From an uncultured Phycisphaerales bacterium (lineage in GTDB: Bacteria > Planctomycetota > Phycisphaerae > Tepidisphaerales > Tepidisphaeraceae), in NCBI GenBank assembly GCA_963758525.1, contig CAVWVQ010000003.1, forward strand, positions 896,001 through 960,000: DNA of 64,000 nucleotides. The letters run 5' to 3'. Numbering within the stretch: the first letter of the stretch is position 1; each line of letters starts with the position of its first letter. Shown here piece after piece: positions 32,231 to 44,849 of this stretch. The position numbers and the translations under genes are program-made. Below the pieces are notes generated by a model, which made no database searches, was not told the origin of the DNA, and was given only the letters and a program-made list of their open reading frames with translations.

Positions 32231-32590
32231 TGATCACTCCTCCCGCTCGCAGCACAAACCCCGATCCCTTTCCCAGAAGAATTTACATCAGAAAGACGCG
32301 ATCCCGCCTTTACCCCGCAGAGTGGCACGATTTGGCACGAAATGGCACGATTTGGCACAGTTTCGCAATGCGACAAGAGCAAAAGTTCCAACGGTGCCCC
32401 CGCGCGAGTCGCGGAGCAAGGAGTAAGAAGCGAGCCGGAGCCATCCCCGGCGACAGATTCGCTCAGCTCGCTGCCGGCACGGTAGCCGGCGTGCCCGTCG
32501 CGACTCGCTGTCTCTTCGCACCAGCATCTGTGCATCCCGCGCTCGCGCGCGATGTTCAAAGCGAATCTGCCGAGGGATCCGCGCTCCCTG

Positions 32591-32620
32591 AAAGCCAACG
32601 GATTGCCATCCGTCGGTCCC
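32591..32620. repeat. REP-like palindrome, left copy 2
   Basis: AAAGCCAACGGATTGCCATCCGTCGGTCCC. Confidence 0.8.
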
Positions 32621-32948
32621 AGGAGGAGCAGTGACTCGCGCCGCGCGGAGTTGCCCGCGGGCGGCTAATGGAGTCGAGGCGCAATACCCGCTGGCCCGCA
32701 CGTTCCCCGGTTCGACTGAGCACCTTCCCCTGTCAACGCTTCGACGATGATCTTGCGATCATCCCCGCATGACTCGGGGCCGACGTGGCTCGCTACGCCT
32801 TCGTCGCATAAACTTTCATTCACTGCACCTCACCGGCTTTGCTGGCGCACTATGACCCCCTCATCCCGGCCACCTACGATCGAAGCGATTGCCAAGGCGC
32901 TGGGGCGTAAAGGCAAAAGACTTGCTTAGATGAGATTCGATCGGAAGA

Positions 32949-33488
32949 ATGATGGGAATGGAAAATAGCATCAATGAAAAATGGCGGGGCGTGATGATGC
33001 ATAGCCACTCAGTTCCAATGGGGTTCCAAGTCGCGTTTGACGCACGCGGTTTGATGAACTCGATCGGTCCAGACGGTCCCACAAGGGTGCCGAAGGGCGC
33101 GCGCGTACTTCTTGGGCATGCTCTGGAATTGATCTCGTACGATCCGCCCGAGGTCGCGATCGGCGGCATCGAGCGCGACGACTACGTCGCGAAAGCGACC
33201 GAAATCGCAAATAAGCCGGCGGGTCAATGGATAACTTTCAACCGACTCCCGGATGGCAAAGTGCGCGTCTGTTTTGGTATGCCCATCTTGCAAGACCTTG
33301 GTGAACCCTCGAGAGCCGCGAGCGGCGCGCACGTGACACTGAATGCCGATCTCACAGAGGCAATTGAATACTGGGAGGCGGAGGTCGGCGATCCGCATCG
33401 CAAGGAATACATCGCGAAAGCGATTGAAGCGGCAAGGGCAGACAGGAAGAGAAACATGACAGTGACGGAGGCAATTCAGTGTCTGTGA
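32949..33488 (+). CDS. Hypothetical protein upstream of the TerY operon
   Basis: 179-aa ORF with globular composition, co-oriented with terY; start uncertain; no family recognised. Confidence 0.55.
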   Translation: MMGMENSINEKWRGVMMHSHSVPMGFQVAFDARGLMNSIGPDGPTRVPKGARVLLGHALELISYDPPEVAIGGIERDDYVAKATEIANKPAGQWITFNRLPDGKVRVCFGMPILQDLGEPSRAASGAHVTLNADLTEAIEYWEAEVGDPHRKEYIAKAIEAARADRKRNMTVTEAIQCL

Positions 33489-33652
33489 AAGTGAAACTTC
33501 GAAGAGCTTTGAGCGCTGTCGAGGATGCCGCGAGCACCCTCAAGAAGCTACGAAGCCAGGTCGAAGATCATCGAGACGTTGATCGCGCCATAAGCGAACT
33601 TGACGATGCGGAGTCAGAGATTCGGCGCGCGAAACCGCAGCCGCAGCACTAG
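33479..33652 (+). CDS. Small 57-aa helical-hairpin protein (not in the ORF track)
   Basis: GGAGG 7 nt before GTG 33479; MSVKVKLRRALSAVEDAASTLKKLRSQVEDHRDVDRAISELDDAESEIRRAKPQPQH; overlaps the upstream stop. Confidence 0.6.
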   Translation: MSVKVKLRRALSAVEDAASTLKKLRSQVEDHRDVDRAISELDDAESEIRRAKPQPQH

Positions 33653-33724
33653 GGGCACGAAGCCCGAGGATGATTCGCGAGTCGCCGCCGTTCAAAACGA
33701 ATTCGACAATGTGAAGGAGAGCGC

Positions 33725-34393
33725 ATGGCCGAGCAAATCCCATTCGGCACCAGTGACTTCGCCGAAAATCCGGAACCAAGATGCCCATGTATCCTCCTGC
33801 TGGATACATCGGTCTCGATGAACGGTAAGCCGCTTGAAGAGCTCAACGCCGGATTGCTGGCGTATAAGGATGAGCTTGCAGCGGATTCGCTCGCGGCAAA
33901 GCGAGTCGAGGTGGCTATTGTCACTTTTGGACCCGTGCAAGTCGCGCAGGAATTCACAACGGCAGAGCAATTTAACCCCCCGACGCTACAAACCACAGGC
34001 GACACGCCAATGGGCGCCGCGATAGAACGCGCAATCGAAATGGTGACAGCTCGGAAGCAAACTTATCGTTCGAACGGGATCGCATTCTATCGACCGTGGA
34101 TTTTCCTAATTACTGACGGTGGCCCTACGGACCCATGGCAATCGGCCGCTGCACAGGTGCATGAGGGGGAATCGTCGAAGGCATTTTCGTTTTTTTGCGT
34201 CGGGGTAGAAGGCGCGCACTTTGACATCCTGAAGCAAATTTCCGTTCGCGAGCCGCTACGGCTCAAGGGCGTACGCTTCCGCGACCTATTCCAATGGCTT
34301 TCGAATTCGCAGAAATCCGTCTCCCGGTCGACACCAGGGGATGCCGTGCCGATTTCCAACCCGGCTACCCCAGAGGGGTGGGCAAGCGTTTAG
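33725..34393 (+). CDS. terY: TerY-like vWA domain protein (YegL-like)
   Basis: [18 protein letters not shown] (MIDAS DxSxS), [27 protein letters not shown]. Confidence 0.93.
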   Translation: MAEQIPFGTSDFAENPEPRCPCILLLDTSVSMNGKPLEELNAGLLAYKDELAADSLAAKRVEVAIVTFGPVQVAQEFTTAEQFNPPTLQTTGDTPMGAAIERAIEMVTARKQTYRSNGIAFYRPWIFLITDGGPTDPWQSAAAQVHEGESSKAFSFFCVGVEGAHFDILKQISVREPLRLKGVRFRDLFQWLSNSQKSVSRSTPGDAVPISNPATPEGWASV

Positions 34394-34400
34394 CGGCCCA

Positions 34401-35174
34401 ATGTGGAAATATCTCAACGAAAGCATCGAAGGGACGTCTCACCGTGCGAGCGGCATAGCTTGCCAGGACTCCTCGTTTGTATCGCCATGCCGGGTCGAAG
34501 GAGAGGATATCCTGATTTTGGTTTGCGCCGACGGTGCGGGGAGTGCCGCGCAATCGCAAATAGGGTCCAAGCTCGCTTGCGAGGTTGTCGTGCGAGAGGT
34601 TCTGGCCTTCTTTGGATCGGGGAAAACGCCCGCGCAGATCGAGAAGGATTTGCCACTTGAATGGGCCCACCAAGTCCGGCATGCGATCGACGAAGAGGCA
34701 AAGCGTCGCTCAACGAGTCCCCGCGAGCTCGCATGCACGTTGCTGTTCGCGGTTCTCGGAAAAACGACCGCCGTCTTCGGACAGATCGGCGATGGCGCTA
34801 TCGTGATTGCAAGGGCCGGGGGCATGCGTGCCGTTTTCTGGCCGCAGAGCGGTGAATATCACAACACAACGTACTTCATCACAGACGAGCAGTACGAGCA
34901 GCGTTTTCAGGTAGAGGTTGTGCAGCAGTCTGTAGACGAAATTGCGATCTTTACGGACGGCCTCGAAATGCTTGCGTTGGAATATTCCGGACGGACAGTG
35001 CACGAGCCGTTTTTTTCTCCAATGTTCGCGTCACTACGTGTCGCCGTGGATTCCCATGACTTAATCATACCGATGCGCCAGTTTCTCGCTTCCAAGGCGG
35101 TGAACGATCGAACGGACGACGACAAAACGCTCATCTTAGCGAGCCGGGTGGCGAGTGCCGACGCTATTGTATGA
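34401..35174 (+). CDS. PP2C-family Ser/Thr phosphatase (TerY-associated, PphC/YegK-like)
   Basis: GTSH...CQD, CADGAGSA, QIGDG, GEYHNTTYF, TDGLE, TDDDKT. Confidence 0.93.
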   Translation: MWKYLNESIEGTSHRASGIACQDSSFVSPCRVEGEDILILVCADGAGSAAQSQIGSKLACEVVVREVLAFFGSGKTPAQIEKDLPLEWAHQVRHAIDEEAKRRSTSPRELACTLLFAVLGKTTAVFGQIGDGAIVIARAGGMRAVFWPQSGEYHNTTYFITDEQYEQRFQVEVVQQSVDEIAIFTDGLEMLALEYSGRTVHEPFFSPMFASLRVAVDSHDLIIPMRQFLASKAVNDRTDDDKTLILASRVASADAIV

Positions 35175-37125
35175 TTCGACGGGGCGCGCCCTGACATTGG
35201 GCCGTGAGATCGCCCGCGGTGGCGAGGGCGCGATTCTTGAAATCCCTCAGAGCGAATCGGTTGTCGCAAAACTGTACCATTCGCCGCCCGATAACGAGAA
35301 AATTGAAAAGCTGAGACTGATGGCGAGGCTCGCGACGGAAGACCTCCTGAATATTGCTGCATGGCCAACGGGCACAATTCACCTAACGCCTGGAGGAAAA
35401 CTGGTCGGCATATTGATGCCTCGGGTTACCGGGCGGAGAGAAATTCATCAGCTCTACAGCCCGGCCCAAAGGAAGTCTTTTTTTCCAAGAGCCGATTGGA
35501 GTTTCCTGGTTCATGTGGCGATGAATTGCGCAGCGGCTTTCGAAACAGTGCATTTGCACGGCCAAGTTATTGGCGACGTAAACCAAAGTGGCGTGCTCGT
35601 ATCCGATCGCGCCACTGCCTGCTTGATCGACTGCGATTCGTTTCAGATTAGGGGCAACGGACGAATATTTCATTGCGAAGTTGGGGTACCGCAGTTCACG
35701 CCGCCCGAGCTACAGGGAGTGTCGTTCAAAGACGTGGAGCGCCAAGTCAATCACGATCTCTTTGGACTCGCGCTATTGCTTTTTCACTTGCTATTCATGG
35801 GGCGCCACCCATTCGCTGGCCGATTTGGCGGTTCATCGGAAATGCCCATCGAGCGTGCCATCAGCGAAGGAAGGTTTGCATTTAGCAGCAGTGCCGCGAC
35901 TTATGGGATGATGCCGCCACCTTACTCGCTCCCGATGATGGCGCTGCCGCAGGAGACGGCGAACCTCTTCGAACGGGCATTCATGCGTCCGGCACCCGGT
36001 GTGACCCGTCCAACAGCTCGTGAGTGGCGCGAGGCCATGTCGGCGCTAGAGCGGAACCTGAAATCGTGCCACGCAGATCGGGGGCACCGCTTCTATTGCC
36101 ACCTTGCACGCTGCCCATGGTGTCAGCTCGTGAATGAGGGCGGCCCAAATTTTTTCATCTCCGTGGAGTTGGTTTTAGATCATGTCCAGGTGAATTTGCC
36201 GCATGTCGATTTTAAGCGGCTTTGGACGGCGATCGACAGTATTCCGCCGCCGAATTTGGAGCGCCCGGATTTTCCAAACCGGCCATCCAACCTGCGCGCC
36301 GACCCACTGCCAGAGTCAATACGCGACCAGGGGCTACTTCTTCGGCTGGTGATTGTGACCGAAGTCGCATCGGCAGCAGGCACCATCGTCGGATGGTATT
36401 TTGCGCTGGTGGCCTTTTGGGCGTGCGTTGGGCTCCTCGCGGTTTTCGGCATTTGGTGGATAATTCTAGCTAATCTTTCCGGATTGAAGAAGGAACTGGC
36501 TGGCCGTAGGGCGATCGCCGAGCGAAAACGCGAAGAGCTGAAGGATCTACAGGACCTATGGGATTCTCGCGGAGATACCGCTGTCAGAAGATTCGACTCA
36601 CTCAAGGCCGAACTGGTCAAAACATGGGAGCGAGCCGAACATCTTTCAGCGGAATTTCAGAGGGAAAAGGACCGGTCGGAGGTGGCTCGGCGAGAAACGC
36701 AGCTGGACGAATACCTGAACCAACAGTTCATCCGAAACGAGAAAATTGCTAGAATTGGCCCCGGCCGCCTCTCGATCCTGCTCTCCTATGGAATCGAAAC
36801 CGCGGCCGACATCGAGACTCGGCGGTTGTTGCAAATTCCTGGGATGGGGGCCGCGGTTGTTGGCGAACTGGTCTCCTGGCGCGAGGAAAAGGCGCGCGGA
36901 TTTGTTTTCGACCCGAAGCGCGCCGCGCCTGTTAGCGAGCTGCGAGCATTGGTCATAAAATATCGGCAGTTCCAACAGACTTTTGAGGCCAAGCTAACCT
37001 CGGGAGCTCGCGACCTGGATCAGATTGCGTCCTCGGCACACCGGGAAAGTTCCGTACTAACTGAGCAAATCCGTCGGCTCGTACTGGAAATCTGGCAGGC
37101 GGACGCGAACGCGGCAGTGCGATAG
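35155..37125 (+). CDS. Membrane Ser/Thr kinase with C-terminal helix-hairpin-helix (YegI-like)
   Basis: GGEG, VAKLY, IGDVN, IDCDSFQ, FTPPELQ, GRHPF, CPWC; two TM helices; IGPGR...YGIETAADI...IPGMG HhH. Confidence 0.92.
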   Translation: MPTLLYDSTGRALTLGREIARGGEGAILEIPQSESVVAKLYHSPPDNEKIEKLRLMARLATEDLLNIAAWPTGTIHLTPGGKLVGILMPRVTGRREIHQLYSPAQRKSFFPRADWSFLVHVAMNCAAAFETVHLHGQVIGDVNQSGVLVSDRATACLIDCDSFQIRGNGRIFHCEVGVPQFTPPELQGVSFKDVERQVNHDLFGLALLLFHLLFMGRHPFAGRFGGSSEMPIERAISEGRFAFSSSAATYGMMPPPYSLPMMALPQETANLFERAFMRPAPGVTRPTAREWREAMSALERNLKSCHADRGHRFYCHLARCPWCQLVNEGGPNFFISVELVLDHVQVNLPHVDFKRLWTAIDSIPPPNLERPDFPNRPSNLRADPLPESIRDQGLLLRLVIVTEVASAAGTIVGWYFALVAFWACVGLLAVFGIWWIILANLSGLKKELAGRRAIAERKREELKDLQDLWDSRGDTAVRRFDSLKAELVKTWERAEHLSAEFQREKDRSEVARRETQLDEYLNQQFIRNEKIARIGPGRLSILLSYGIETAADIETRRLLQIPGMGAAVVGELVSWREEKARGFVFDPKRAAPVSELRALVIKYRQFQQTFEAKLTSGARDLDQIASSAHRESSVLTEQIRRLVLEIWQADANAAVR

Positions 37126-37149
37126 ATGCCCATTGCAATCGCCACAGCC

Positions 37150-38289
37150 TCAAATCGTGGGCCAGGGCTTGCGATGCGTTGCCGCCACCGGGCCAGGAAC
37201 GCCAACGGCCGAAACCGCGGATTGACGCATGCCGATAATCGCAACGACAAGATTGTCCGCAGCGTTCGCTTTAGAGAATTTGAATTCTTCACCCAGTCCG
37301 GAGGAACTGCTTATTTTTAACGTACCATATTGCATGATCGGCAGCATCCGGTTGCCATTGAAGCGTCGGTCCGGGCCGCCGTCCTTATTTACGAAACGCC
37401 AAGTTTGCCCGATCTGCCGGCCATCCCTCGGCGGCGCATTATTCTCCACGAACGTGCCGCTTGTAACCTGCGCCAGGAATTGACTGTATCCGATTGCGCC
37501 AACGCTTTTGGAGTCGAACACAAGTATGGTATCGGGAAAGAAGAAAAGTTTGATGGGCCCGGCTGTCAGCATCGCCGGGCAAACGTTGCTCTCAAAATAT
37601 GGCGGCAACTTAAAGGATGGCAACGTCGCTTGCCTTTCCACTATGGTAGACACACCTGCATGATATTTCCTGTTCCAGACAGCCGAAACGGAACGGACGT
37701 GCCAGAAGCCCTGGCAGGTTCGCAAAACTTCGAAAGCCTTAAGAAGTTGCCCGTACTGCTGGTTGAAGCCAGGATCCAAATGATAGGAAATCTCGACGGT
37801 TTTGCGTCGGATATCGACTCTCCACGCGAACGGCGTCAACAGAATGCATACCACGACGGTGATCACTCCCAAGGTTGCCGAGCCGGCAATAAGCGACGCG
37901 ATGGCGGCGGTGACGCAGATGGCCAGGACCCAAAGGTGGAGCCGCACCCTTCGGTATTTCTCCCGGACCTCGCTTAAGAGCTCCGCGTGCGACGAATCGA
38001 CCATACTCGCGACGTTGGCACTCGATACAACCTGCTGAGGCCCGACTCCCGAGGCCGAAGAATTTTGTTGATTTGACGAGACCCCTCGCGGATTTCCGCG
38101 GGTGCCAGATGCTGACCACTGTTTTCGGTAATAAATTCCTCCGGCACCGCATTGGACATAGCGTTGCCCGCGCGAGGATATGCCGAAGCGCAAGCCCCTC
38201 ATCCCGGCCGAAACGCCTACCCCACTTTTCGACAGGTTAAGGCGTAGCCCGCTGCCGAGGTTTACGCTCTTGCGAAAAAAGAATCCCAT
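37150..38289 (-). CDS. DUF4236-domain membrane protein
   Basis: MGFFFRKSVNLGSGLRLNLSKSGVGVS...GIYYRK N-domain; two TMs; C-terminal VNKDGGPDRRF. Confidence 0.85.
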   Translation of the reverse strand: MGFFFRKSVNLGSGLRLNLSKSGVGVSAGMRGLRFGISSRGQRYVQCGAGGIYYRKQWSASGTRGNPRGVSSNQQNSSASGVGPQQVVSSANVASMVDSSHAELLSEVREKYRRVRLHLWVLAICVTAAIASLIAGSATLGVITVVVCILLTPFAWRVDIRRKTVEISYHLDPGFNQQYGQLLKAFEVLRTCQGFWHVRSVSAVWNRKYHAGVSTIVERQATLPSFKLPPYFESNVCPAMLTAGPIKLFFFPDTILVFDSKSVGAIGYSQFLAQVTSGTFVENNAPPRDGRQIGQTWRFVNKDGGPDRRFNGNRMLPIMQYGTLKISSSSGLGEEFKFSKANAADNLVVAIIGMRQSAVSAVGVPGPVAATHRKPWPTI

Positions 38290-38643
38290 TTTGCCCCAAC
38301 CTAGCGGCGCGACTACCTTCCGGGAAAAGTATAAAGGTGCTGCGTGATAGTGGCAAATACCTGTGCTGTGGCGAGTACCTCTGCAATCTTCGATTGACAG
38401 GTTCGTTTAAGCTTTCCGGCCTGCAATCGTCTCCTCATTGGTAGTTGCCGCGATTACCGGATAGGCGCCCCTAACCAAGTTGCGCCCTTGGAGCGTCGGA
38501 AAAAAATTCGCCGCGGCAAATCGCTCGTGGCGGCGCCGTCTGACGCGTTCATGCTAAGAATCGCCGTGCAGTGGAAACGCGAAGGGGGACACTCGACACT
38601 CGTACTTATTCACGATGGCCATTTCTCGGGATAATCAGCGGCA

Positions 38644-38805
38644 ATGCCCGGCACGCAAGGTCTTCGGCGGACAATCAGGTCACCCACGCGCTCAATCGCG
38701 GCACCTGCCGGATGCGGCTCTTCCGCAAGCCAGCGGACTTCGACGTGCTCGTCAAAATGTTGTCGAAAGGACTGGAGCGATGGTGCGTCGATGTGCATAG
38801 CAGCC
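38644..38805 (+). pseudogene. Truncated Y1 (IS200/RAYT-like) transposase N-terminus
   Basis: With a one-base shift just after ATG it reads M(P)RHARSSADNQVTHALNRGTCRMRLFRKPADFDVLVKMLSKGLERWCVDVHS, resembling the MPRxxR...HxxNRG...LF...D start of RAYT-type proteins. It breaks off before the HUH motif. Confidence 0.6.
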
Positions 38806-39024
38806 CGTGGTTAAAGTTCCCGGCATGCCGGGACTGCTTGTGGCTTCGGGCCGGGCTCTTCGTTGTCGAGACTTGCCTGTCCCGGCGCGCCGGGACTGCT
38901 GCGTCGCGACGCCTTGATCCCCGCCCGATGCCACGGCGCATCGACGCGCGGGACATTAACCACGGACTGCCAGGATCAAGGCGAACCCGCGGGGACTTAT
39001 TTGTCGCGGCAGCGCGGAGCCGGG

Positions 39025-39157
39025 CGACTTCCCGCGGTGAGCTTGCCGTGGGCGGTTCGCCCACTCGCAGCGCAGGTCGGGAAGCGGAGCAGCAGCGTGT
39101 CATTGGGCACGGGAATCCGGGGACCAACGGATGGCAATCCGTTGGCTTTTGGAAAGG
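39025..39157. repeat. ~133-bp direct repeat, copy A (upstream of the AAA ATPase)
   Basis: CGACTTCCCGCGGTGAGCTTGCCG...GTCGGGAAGCGGAGCAGCAGCGTGTCATTGGGCACGG...GGATGGCAATCCGTTGGCTTTTGGAAAGG. Confidence 0.9.
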
Positions 39158-39391
39158 GCGAGGAGGGAAGCACGAGCGGGGCGGTGGGCACGTCTTGCTG
39201 CAATCTCTGAGCTGAAGAATGGATGGCTCGATGGAGCCGGCACCGCTCCGGAGCCAGGGAAACTCGCGGCAAGCGTGCTGCTCTGTTACGCCGGGCACCA
39301 CTGGGCGGAGCTGAGCCTGCTGTCCTATACGGTGTTTAGCCGGTTATAGCTAAAAACTGGAATAACCTGGCATAACTGCCTAAATGCCCGC

Positions 39392-40583
39392 ATGGACAGA
39401 GTCAAAAACCCCTTTTCCCCTGGCGCCGGCAGTCGGCCGCCGGAGTTGGTAGGACGAGACGCGATATTGGAGGATGCGCGGGTCGCATGCTGCGCGGGTG
39501 AAATCGAACTGGACCGCCCAAGGAATGATGCTGACGGGACTGCGAGGCGTGGGCAAGACGGTTTTGCTGAATGAGGCTCGACGAATAGCGCAGGATCAAG
39601 GGTATCACCCCGTCATGATCGAGGCTTATGAGGACAAGCCGCTGGGACCGCTGCTTGCTCCGTCTCTGCGGCAGCTTTTGTACGAATTTGATCGCGTTGC
39701 TGGAACTGGAGACAAAGTGAAGCGGGGGCTGCGAGTGCTGCGCAGCTTTGTGGGAGCTCTGAAAATCACGACAAACGACGTCACGTTCGGACTTAACGTG
39801 GAACCAGAGAAGGGCGCAGCCGACAGTGGCGATATAGAAATCGACCTGCCGAGCCTGTTTGTTGCCTTGGGTGAAGCGGCGGCAGATCGGCGAGAGGCAG
39901 TCATTCTGCTGATCGATGAAGTGCAATACCTCTCTAAAAAGGAACTCGGCGCCATGATCATGGCAATGCATCAAGTTCAGCAGCGCCAGCTCCCGATCGT
40001 GTTCATCGGGGCGGGTCTGCCCATTCTTCCGGCGCTCGCGGGCAACAGCAAGTCATACGCAGAGCGGCTCTTCAAGTTTCCGGTCGTCGGTCCGCTGTCC
40101 GCAGCGGACGCCGCCAAGGCGCTGCGAGAACCCACGCTCGCCGAGAATGTGGTTTTTAATGAGGACGCCTTGGCAGAGGTTTATCGATTGACGGAAGGCT
40201 ATGCGTATTTCGTGCAGGAATGGGGGTCGCAGTGCTGGAATGCCGCCGCAGCAAGCCCGATCACCATCGGCAGCGTCACGGCGGCGACACCGGCGGCGAT
40301 TGCTGAACTTGACAAGAGCTTCTTCCGCGTGCGGTATGACCGGCTGACCCCGGGAGAGAAGCGATTTTTACGAGCTATGGCTGAGGTGGGCGCGGGCCCC
40401 GTCCGAACGGGTGATGTGGCTACAGTATTGGGCGTGAAAGTGACTTCAATGGGTCCAACGCGGGCAGCGTTGATCGCAAAGGGGATGATCTATAGCCCGG
40501 CGTTTGGTGACATGGCGTTTACTGTGCCGATGTTCGATCAGTTCATGAAAAGATCGATGCCAAAGCTCGACTTCCCGCGGTGA
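39392..40583 (+). CDS. AAA-family ATP-binding protein with C-terminal winged-helix-like region, frameshifted near 39490
   Basis: MDRVKNPFSPGAGSRPPELVGRD, then GLRGVGKT (Walker A), LLIDEVQ (Walker B), SKSYAERLF, RAALIAKGMIYSP. Confidence 0.88.
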
Positions 40584-40699
40584 GCTTGCCGAACCGGTCG
40601 CCGGACTCGCAGCGCAAGTCGGGAAGCGGAGCAGCAGCGTGTCATTGGGCACGGAAATGCGGGGACCCACGGATGGCAATCCGTTGGCTTTTGGAAAGG
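40568..40699. repeat. ~132-bp direct repeat, copy B (overlaps the ATPase stop codon)
   Basis: Highly similar to 39025-39157; supplies the codons DFPR* of the ATPase. Confidence 0.9.
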
Positions 40700-40786
40700 C
40701 ATCGATGGCGGTCGGCGCGTCAGCCCGACGTTGCAACGCGGCGCCCGCTCCGACGCAGCGGCGGGCGGGGAAGTCACGTCCGATCC

Positions 40787-40872
40787 GCTTCTGGCTCCTT
40801 GCTTCCCGCTTCTTACTCCTTGCTTCTGGCTTCTGGCTTCTTGCTTCTGACTCCTCGCTTCTGACTCCTCGC
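40787..40872. repeat. Degenerate CTGACTC/CTGGCTC/TTGCTTC heptamer tract
   Basis: cttctggctccttgcttc...cttgcttctgactcct; same building blocks as the 29.7-31.0 kb array. Confidence 0.75.
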
Positions 40873-41068
40873 TCATCGCTCCCCATTTCCCTCCCCAGCC
40901 CCTCCCCTTCTTTCAGTATTTTCACACGCGAGGAAATGAGGGACTTGGTCTGGCGTCGGTCGGGGCGTCTCGCTATGATCCTCGCGCAATCAGGGAAGGC
41001 GTCGGGCATGGCAGCGACGCCGCGCGTCAGTCCGGGCATCGGAGCGGAGTGACGGGACGGATGATCGT

Positions 41069-41752
41069 ATGACGGATGGCGGTCGTAATTCGTTTTTCAT
41101 TTTTCCGCGGTGGGCGAACTACGCGCTCCCGGTGATCGCGCTGGCCGCGTTCGGGGGGATGATGTATGTCCCGACGCTGATCACGCTGGGGGCGTCGCCG
41201 CGGACGACGGCCGTTGGGTATTCCCCGACGCAGCCAATACCTTATAGTCATAAGCTGCACGTGGGGCAGCTTGGGCTGGACTGCAGATATTGCCATTTTT
41301 CCGTTGAGAAAGCGGCCTTTGCGGCGATCCCGCCGACGCAGGTGTGCATGAACTGTCACACGAAAATCCGGCCCAACAGCGATCAGCTCGCGCCGCTGCG
41401 GGAGAGTTGGGACACGGGCAAGCCGGTGGAGTGGGTCAAGATTCACGATCTGCCGGACTATGCGTATTTCAATCACAGCGCGCATGTGAATCATGGCATC
41501 GGCTGCGTGAGTTGCCACGGGCGGATCGACACGATGGAGAAGGTGTATCAGGTGCAGCCTTTGAGCATGGGCTGGTGCCTGGATTGTCACCGTGCTCCGG
41601 AAAAGAATTTGCGTCCGAAGGATCAGATCACGAATCTGGCGTGGAAGCCCGACCCGGACGTGGACCGGGTGCAACTCGGGCTGGAACTCAAGAAGTCGTA
41701 CGGGATTCATGACACCGCGTACATGACCAGTTGCTCGACCTGTCATCGCTGA
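41069..41752 (+). CDS. actA: Alternative complex III pentaheme cytochrome c
   Basis: One TM, QPIPYSHKLH, five CxxCH (CRYCH, CMNCH, CVSCH, CLDCH, CSTCH). Confidence 0.93.
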   Translation: MTDGGRNSFFIFPRWANYALPVIALAAFGGMMYVPTLITLGASPRTTAVGYSPTQPIPYSHKLHVGQLGLDCRYCHFSVEKAAFAAIPPTQVCMNCHTKIRPNSDQLAPLRESWDTGKPVEWVKIHDLPDYAYFNHSAHVNHGIGCVSCHGRIDTMEKVYQVQPLSMGWCLDCHRAPEKNLRPKDQITNLAWKPDPDVDRVQLGLELKKSYGIHDTAYMTSCSTCHR

Positions 41753-41765
41753 GAATTGCGGCTCG

Positions 41766-44848
<3,083 letters not shown>

Positions 44849-44849
<1 letters not shown>

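Noticed and set aside
38571..39301. 214-aa and 208-aa ORFs as intact genes
   Set aside because: Only ~50 codons resemble a Y1 transposase; the rest reads through repeat DNA.
39025..40699. Classical integron attC sites or IS terminal repeats
   Set aside because: No clear RYYYAAC/GTTRRRY boxes, and no integrase or intact transposase in the window; kept only as an unexplained cassette-like structure.
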